Positions 63,235 through 64,000 of a DNA stretch of 64,000 nucleotides are shown in pieces; the first letter of the stretch is position 1, and every line of letters starts with the position of its first letter. A model generated the notes under the pieces. The model made no database searches. It worked only from the letters and a program-made list of their open reading frames with translations, and was not told where the DNA came from. The DNA is from Octopus bimaculoides (taxonomy: Eukaryota), in assembly GCF_001194135.2 (NCBI RefSeq), contig NC_068990.1, positions 56,622,075 to 56,686,074 on the forward strand, read 5' to 3'. A program made the translations under genes and the position numbers.

Positions 63235-63780
63235 ATTTATTTAAAGGTCACAATACATGTATTAAAGTGCTACTAATAGTTTCATATGTTGAGAAAACCC
63301 AAACATATTCTTCAGGTGCAAACCACGTATCATAACAAACTATAGAAATAGAATAATAGAAGAAATGTGAAAAAATTGAGAAGTTAAAGAAAGCGCAGAC
63401 AATAAAGAATGGAAAACGCAAAACAGAAATGAAAAACAGAAACTAAAGTATAAAAGATAAAAGGTAAATGCGCTATCCTCCTTATACCTTAAAAGATAAG
63501 GCTGGAAAGATATCAAATCAGTCAGGAATAGGCAAAATTTTCCAATTCTTCAAAATATATTTATACATACGCATGCAAACACTGAAAATTTCTGACCTGG
63601 AGTTCAATAGAGAGTCAGGGATATTAGATCTGAACACGATCTGTGCTCTTTCAGCCAAACAAAATCTACATTTATTTGATCCATTCACATAAGGTATGGA
63701 TTTCTCAATTACTTTCCATTTAATCACATGTTGTGTTTTGTTATCTTTCAAAGTCCATATGTAGCTAGCCATCTTATGTC
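63235..63780 (-). mobile_element. Penelope-like element 3' fragment: GIY-YIG endonuclease C-terminus plus pLTR
   Basis: ORF 63518-63772 reads ASYIWTLKDNKTQHVIKWKVIEKSIPYVNGSNKCRFCLAER...LLNSRSEIFSVC, matching the PLE pattern LSKYIWxLK...IKWKI...CxLCLxEK...LNKRSE. Confidence 0.88.
63264..63322 (-). ncRNA. Type I hammerhead ribozyme motif (stem I imperfect)
   Basis: CUGAAGA - 7-bp stem II (auauguu/aacauau) - GAAA - stem III (acu/agu) - GUA. Confidence 0.7.
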
Positions 63781-64000
63781 CCTATATATAGGTAGGTGGG
63801 TGCATAGCTTGATACATAGAAAAATGGAAAGAACGATATACTTTATTCAAAATCACTCTAATTGTTTTGGCACATTTCTACACAACATTCTTTGCATAGC
63901 ATTCTAGCATTCTACTGGAATTTTTATTCAAATCTTATGTAACCCTCTCTCTCTCTCTCTGTATGTATGTGTATGTGTGTATATATATATATATATATAT

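Overview
AT-rich, microsatellite-dense eukaryotic sequence with seven N gaps. The SINE repertoire and simple-repeat density point to an octopod/coleoid cephalopod genome (inference; no database search was run). I cannot identify any intact host protein-coding gene, tRNA or rRNA, so the window reads as intergenic or deep-intronic. Nearly all recognisable content is transposon-derived: about 50 copies of four tRNA-head/RTE-tail SINE families; relics of RTE, R4/Dong-type, L1/Tx1 and Penelope retroelements; three deleted Tc1/mariner elements (Tc1, DD37D-like, rosa-like); Helitron ends with a PIF1-helicase fragment; and hAT, piggyBac-type and mariner MITEs. The best leads are: (1) an eight-unit 46-bp tandem array whose units each fold into a hairpin with compensatory substitutions (20114-20482); (2) a hammerhead ribozyme core downstream of a Penelope GIY-YIG fragment (63264-63322) plus a second degenerate core (62673-62699); (3) a 61-bp-stem hairpin whose only two mismatches are G-U wobbles (12685-12814); (4) a 3'-truncated 5S rRNA copy 17 nt ahead of a tRNA-SINE on the same strand; (5) a 171-codon frame fusing an Asn-rich, exon-like segment to an L1/Tx1 endonuclease; (6) several CpG-retaining unique islands at 30-37 kb. 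I did not find evidence that proves a new biological system; these are candidates to test. SINE and relic boundaries are approximate (about +/-15 bp) unless a TIR or TSD is quoted.
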